Source of the DNA: Rhynchobatus australiae | Taxonomy: Eukaryota | Assembly (NCBI GenBank): GCA_034780895.1 | Contig: JAUZTB010000069.1 | Location: 17,699,882 to 17,763,881 of the forward strand | Length of the DNA: 64,000 nucleotides | Direction: 5' to 3' | In this document: positions 61,390 to 64,000 of the stretch, in pieces | Numbering within the stretch: position 1 is the first letter of the stretch | Layout: each line of letters opens with the position of its first letter | The notes under the pieces: generated by a model | What the model was told of the DNA's origin: nothing | What the model saw: only the letters and a program-made list of their open reading frames with translations | Databases searched by the model: none | Made by a program: the position numbers and the translations under genes

Positions 61390-62830
61390 GAGAGTCAGAG
61401 AGTTATATCGCACAGAAACAGGCCCTTTAGCTCAACTTGTCCATGCTGACCAAGTTGTCTACTTGAGCTAGTCCTATCTCTAAATGTTTCCTATACATGT
61501 ACCAGTCAAAATGTCTTTTAAACATGGTAATTGTATCTTCCTCCACAACTTGCTCTGGCAACCTATTTCATATACCCACCACCCTCTGTGAAAACATTGT
61601 TCCTCAGATCCCTTTAAAATCTTTCCCCTTTTTTAAAAAATGAAAACATGCACCTCCAAAGGGCACATCGGTACAAATTAGGCATAACCAAAAGTTCCAT
61701 CTCAGTCTCCCCCCATAGCTTCATATCCTTGATATTGTATATGTTACAAGAGTAGATGCTGATGCTTTACAGTGGTGTCTCTCTCTCCCCCCCGCTCCCC
61801 CCCTCCCCAAGTGTCTGAGTTCCAATCCAAAATTCATGACTGAAATATGAAGTTACCAATCAATTTTGGCAGACTCAGTCAGTCTGCAGTGAGCATTGAG
61901 CAAATATAAACAAAGTGGCTTTAAATTTACAATTCTATTTAGAAAATCTGCAGAATGAAAAAAATTAATATTTCACACTGTAACATCCAATGACTTGTCT
62001 TTTGCAGNNNNNNNNNNNNNNNNNNNNNNNNNNNNNNNNNNNNNNNNNNNNNNNNNNNNNNNNNNNNNNNNNNNNNNNNNNNNNNNNNNNNNNNNNNNNN
62101 NNNNNNNAGGGGGTATGACCATCCACCTTATCAAAGCCTCATTAATTTTATATACCTCTGTAAGGTCACCCCTTGGCCTCCTTTGCCGGGGGGGGGGGAG
62201 GGGGGGAGAAAGAAGTCCCATCCTATCTAGTCCCTCCTTATGATTCAAGCCATCCAGTTCTTGTAATGTCCTTGTTATTCTTGCACCCTTTCCAGCTTAA
62301 TGACATCCTTCCTATAACTGGGCAACCGGAACTGCACAGAATCCTCCAAGTGTGGTCTCACTAATGTTTTGTTTAGTTGTCATGTGATGTCCCCATTCCT
62401 GTCCTCTAGGCCCTGACTGATGAAGGCAAGCATGATAAAACACTACCTTCACCACCCTGCCTACCTGTGTCTTTCAGGAACTATGTACTTGTACTCCTAG
62501 GTCTCTGTTCTACAACGCTCTGTAGGGCCTCACCATTTACTGTGCTAGCCCTGCTCTGGTTTAACATACCAAAGTGCAACATTTGGCACTTGTCCAGTTG
62601 ATCTAGATCCCACTATGATCTTGGGTAACCCTCTTCACTGTCCACTATACCATCACGTTTGGTGTTATCCACAAATTTACTAACCATGCCAACTACATTC
62701 TCATCCAAATTGTTAATACGGATGAGAAACAACAGTGGATCCAGCCCTGATCCCTGTGGCACACCACTGGTCACAGCCTCTCATTTGAAAAACAACCCTT
62801 CACTACCATGCTGTGATTCCCACCAAGCCC
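61390..62830 (-). mobile_element. CR1 LINE fragment, interrupted at ~61631-62107 by other sequence and a gap
   Basis: Reverse 3' end AGAGTCAGAGAGTTATATCGCACAGAAACAGGCCC; minus strand RPRGDLTEVYKI and SGVPQGS motifs. Confidence 0.8.
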
Positions 62831-63197
62831 ATTTGACTGAGGGTTGTTGACACTTGTGGAATTGGTGATACCTACAGTCAAATGTGTTTTGTTGCAAAAT
62901 GTAACTTTATTATCTCTGGTAGAATGGTTAGGAGCAACAGAAAATGGAAAGAGATGAAGAAAACTTTTTAGTGATCTAGAATCCATGCCCAGAAAAGGCA
63001 GTGGAAGAAAAATTGACTATAACTTTCAAAATGAATTAGATGTACAATTTTATAAAAATTAAACATTTGCAAGGGTGTAGGACTAATTATAAAGCTCTGC
63101 TAAAGAACTAGTGTGGATACTACATAGAAGGTTGTTCAATCCATAGTAAGGTACTACAGCTCATTTTTTTAAAGGGATGCTGTGTTTGGTTTTACAG

Positions 63198-63326
63198 AGT
63201 CTATTTGATGTACCATTCCTGGAGCCAAGTGATATATGGAGTTATAGCAGGTGGGACAATGGGAGCAGCCTGGTTTATCTTTACACAAGAGGTACTAACG
63301 CCACTATTCCCTAGGATAGCTTCATG
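63198..63326 (+). CDS. DOLPP1: Dolichyldiphosphatase 1, exon 6 ([42 protein letters not shown]; PAP2 motif 3 SRxxxxxHxxxQ); gene continues beyond the window
   Basis: TTTACAG acceptor, TG|GTAAGT donor; 129 nt. Confidence 0.97.
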
Positions 63327-64000
63327 GTAAGTGCCCTAAACTTTAACATTTACATGGGGATAATAAGAAGCTCTTAAGTTAAAACCAGGTTTTATTATAA
63401 TTACATGTTCTGGTTTGGTATTTTAGAACAGAGACATTCAGAATGGTAATTTTCAAAAACTTTCTACATTCTCCATGTAGTTGTATCTCCAGTGAATATT
63501 TTAAAGGGACAGGGTTAGAACCATTCCTCAACCCTACTGTCTTACAAATATCATTTTTCCTCACCCGCTGGTTAATAGTCCCTGAAAGGTAAAGATGGGT
63601 TAATGGCTTAGGTGGCACTTCATTAGAGCAGTCGTAATATGGGCTGAATCTTTGAAGGCCTGGTGGAAGTCAGTTCAATTATTGCTTGCACTTGTGGGCT
63701 TCTCTTGTCAGAAGATGGGCAGATGGGTTTATGTGACAATTGTTTGTTTTCTGATTGACCTCTATTTTGATTCCAACTGGAGCAAAGGCTGCCCTCTGGC
63801 ATTGACCAGCTCTTGGGCCAGATCAGCAGACAGCCTCTGCAACAAGCAATCCAGGCAACATTGACCAGAGGTGATGCACCTAGACCACTGGAATGTTGGG
63901 CTCATCTGTGCCTTTTGGCCAGCAGTGAGAAAGGGTTGAATGTATCTGAGGCACTGCTTATGGCTCCTCTCTTCAGCAGTGCTGAGAGGGAAGGGTGCCT

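Overview
Vertebrate genomic DNA, AT-rich and CpG-depleted, from a draft scaffold with many N gaps. The repeat content (V-SINE/HE1-like and Deu-SINE-like elements, CR1, Penelope-like, RTE) suggests a cartilaginous fish, probably a ray; this is inference. Two + strand multi-exon genes lie in tandem, in the same order as in human. MIGA2 (mitoguardin 2/FAM73B) has 14 coding exons at 5746-32237 with GT-AG junctions and consistent phase (518 codons). Its final coding exon was not found and probably lies in the gap at 33448-33877. DOLPP1 (dolichyldiphosphatase 1, PAP2 family) has a CpG-island promoter near 41.3-41.95 kb and coding exons 1-6 at 41462-63326; the remaining exons are beyond the window. 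Almost all ORF-track entries are spurious or decayed transposon fragments. I found no convincing novel protein-coding system. The most notable non-genic structures are: a ~200-bp-arm inverted repeat with G-U-biased differences in the presumed MIGA2 3' region (34.5-35.2 kb), a fold-back duplication in DOLPP1 intron 1 (48.3-48.9 kb), and an RTE retroposon with a 5' inversion of twin-priming geometry (56.7-60.35 kb). Gene and repeat identities come from recalled sequences and motifs, not database searches, and repeat boundaries are approximate.
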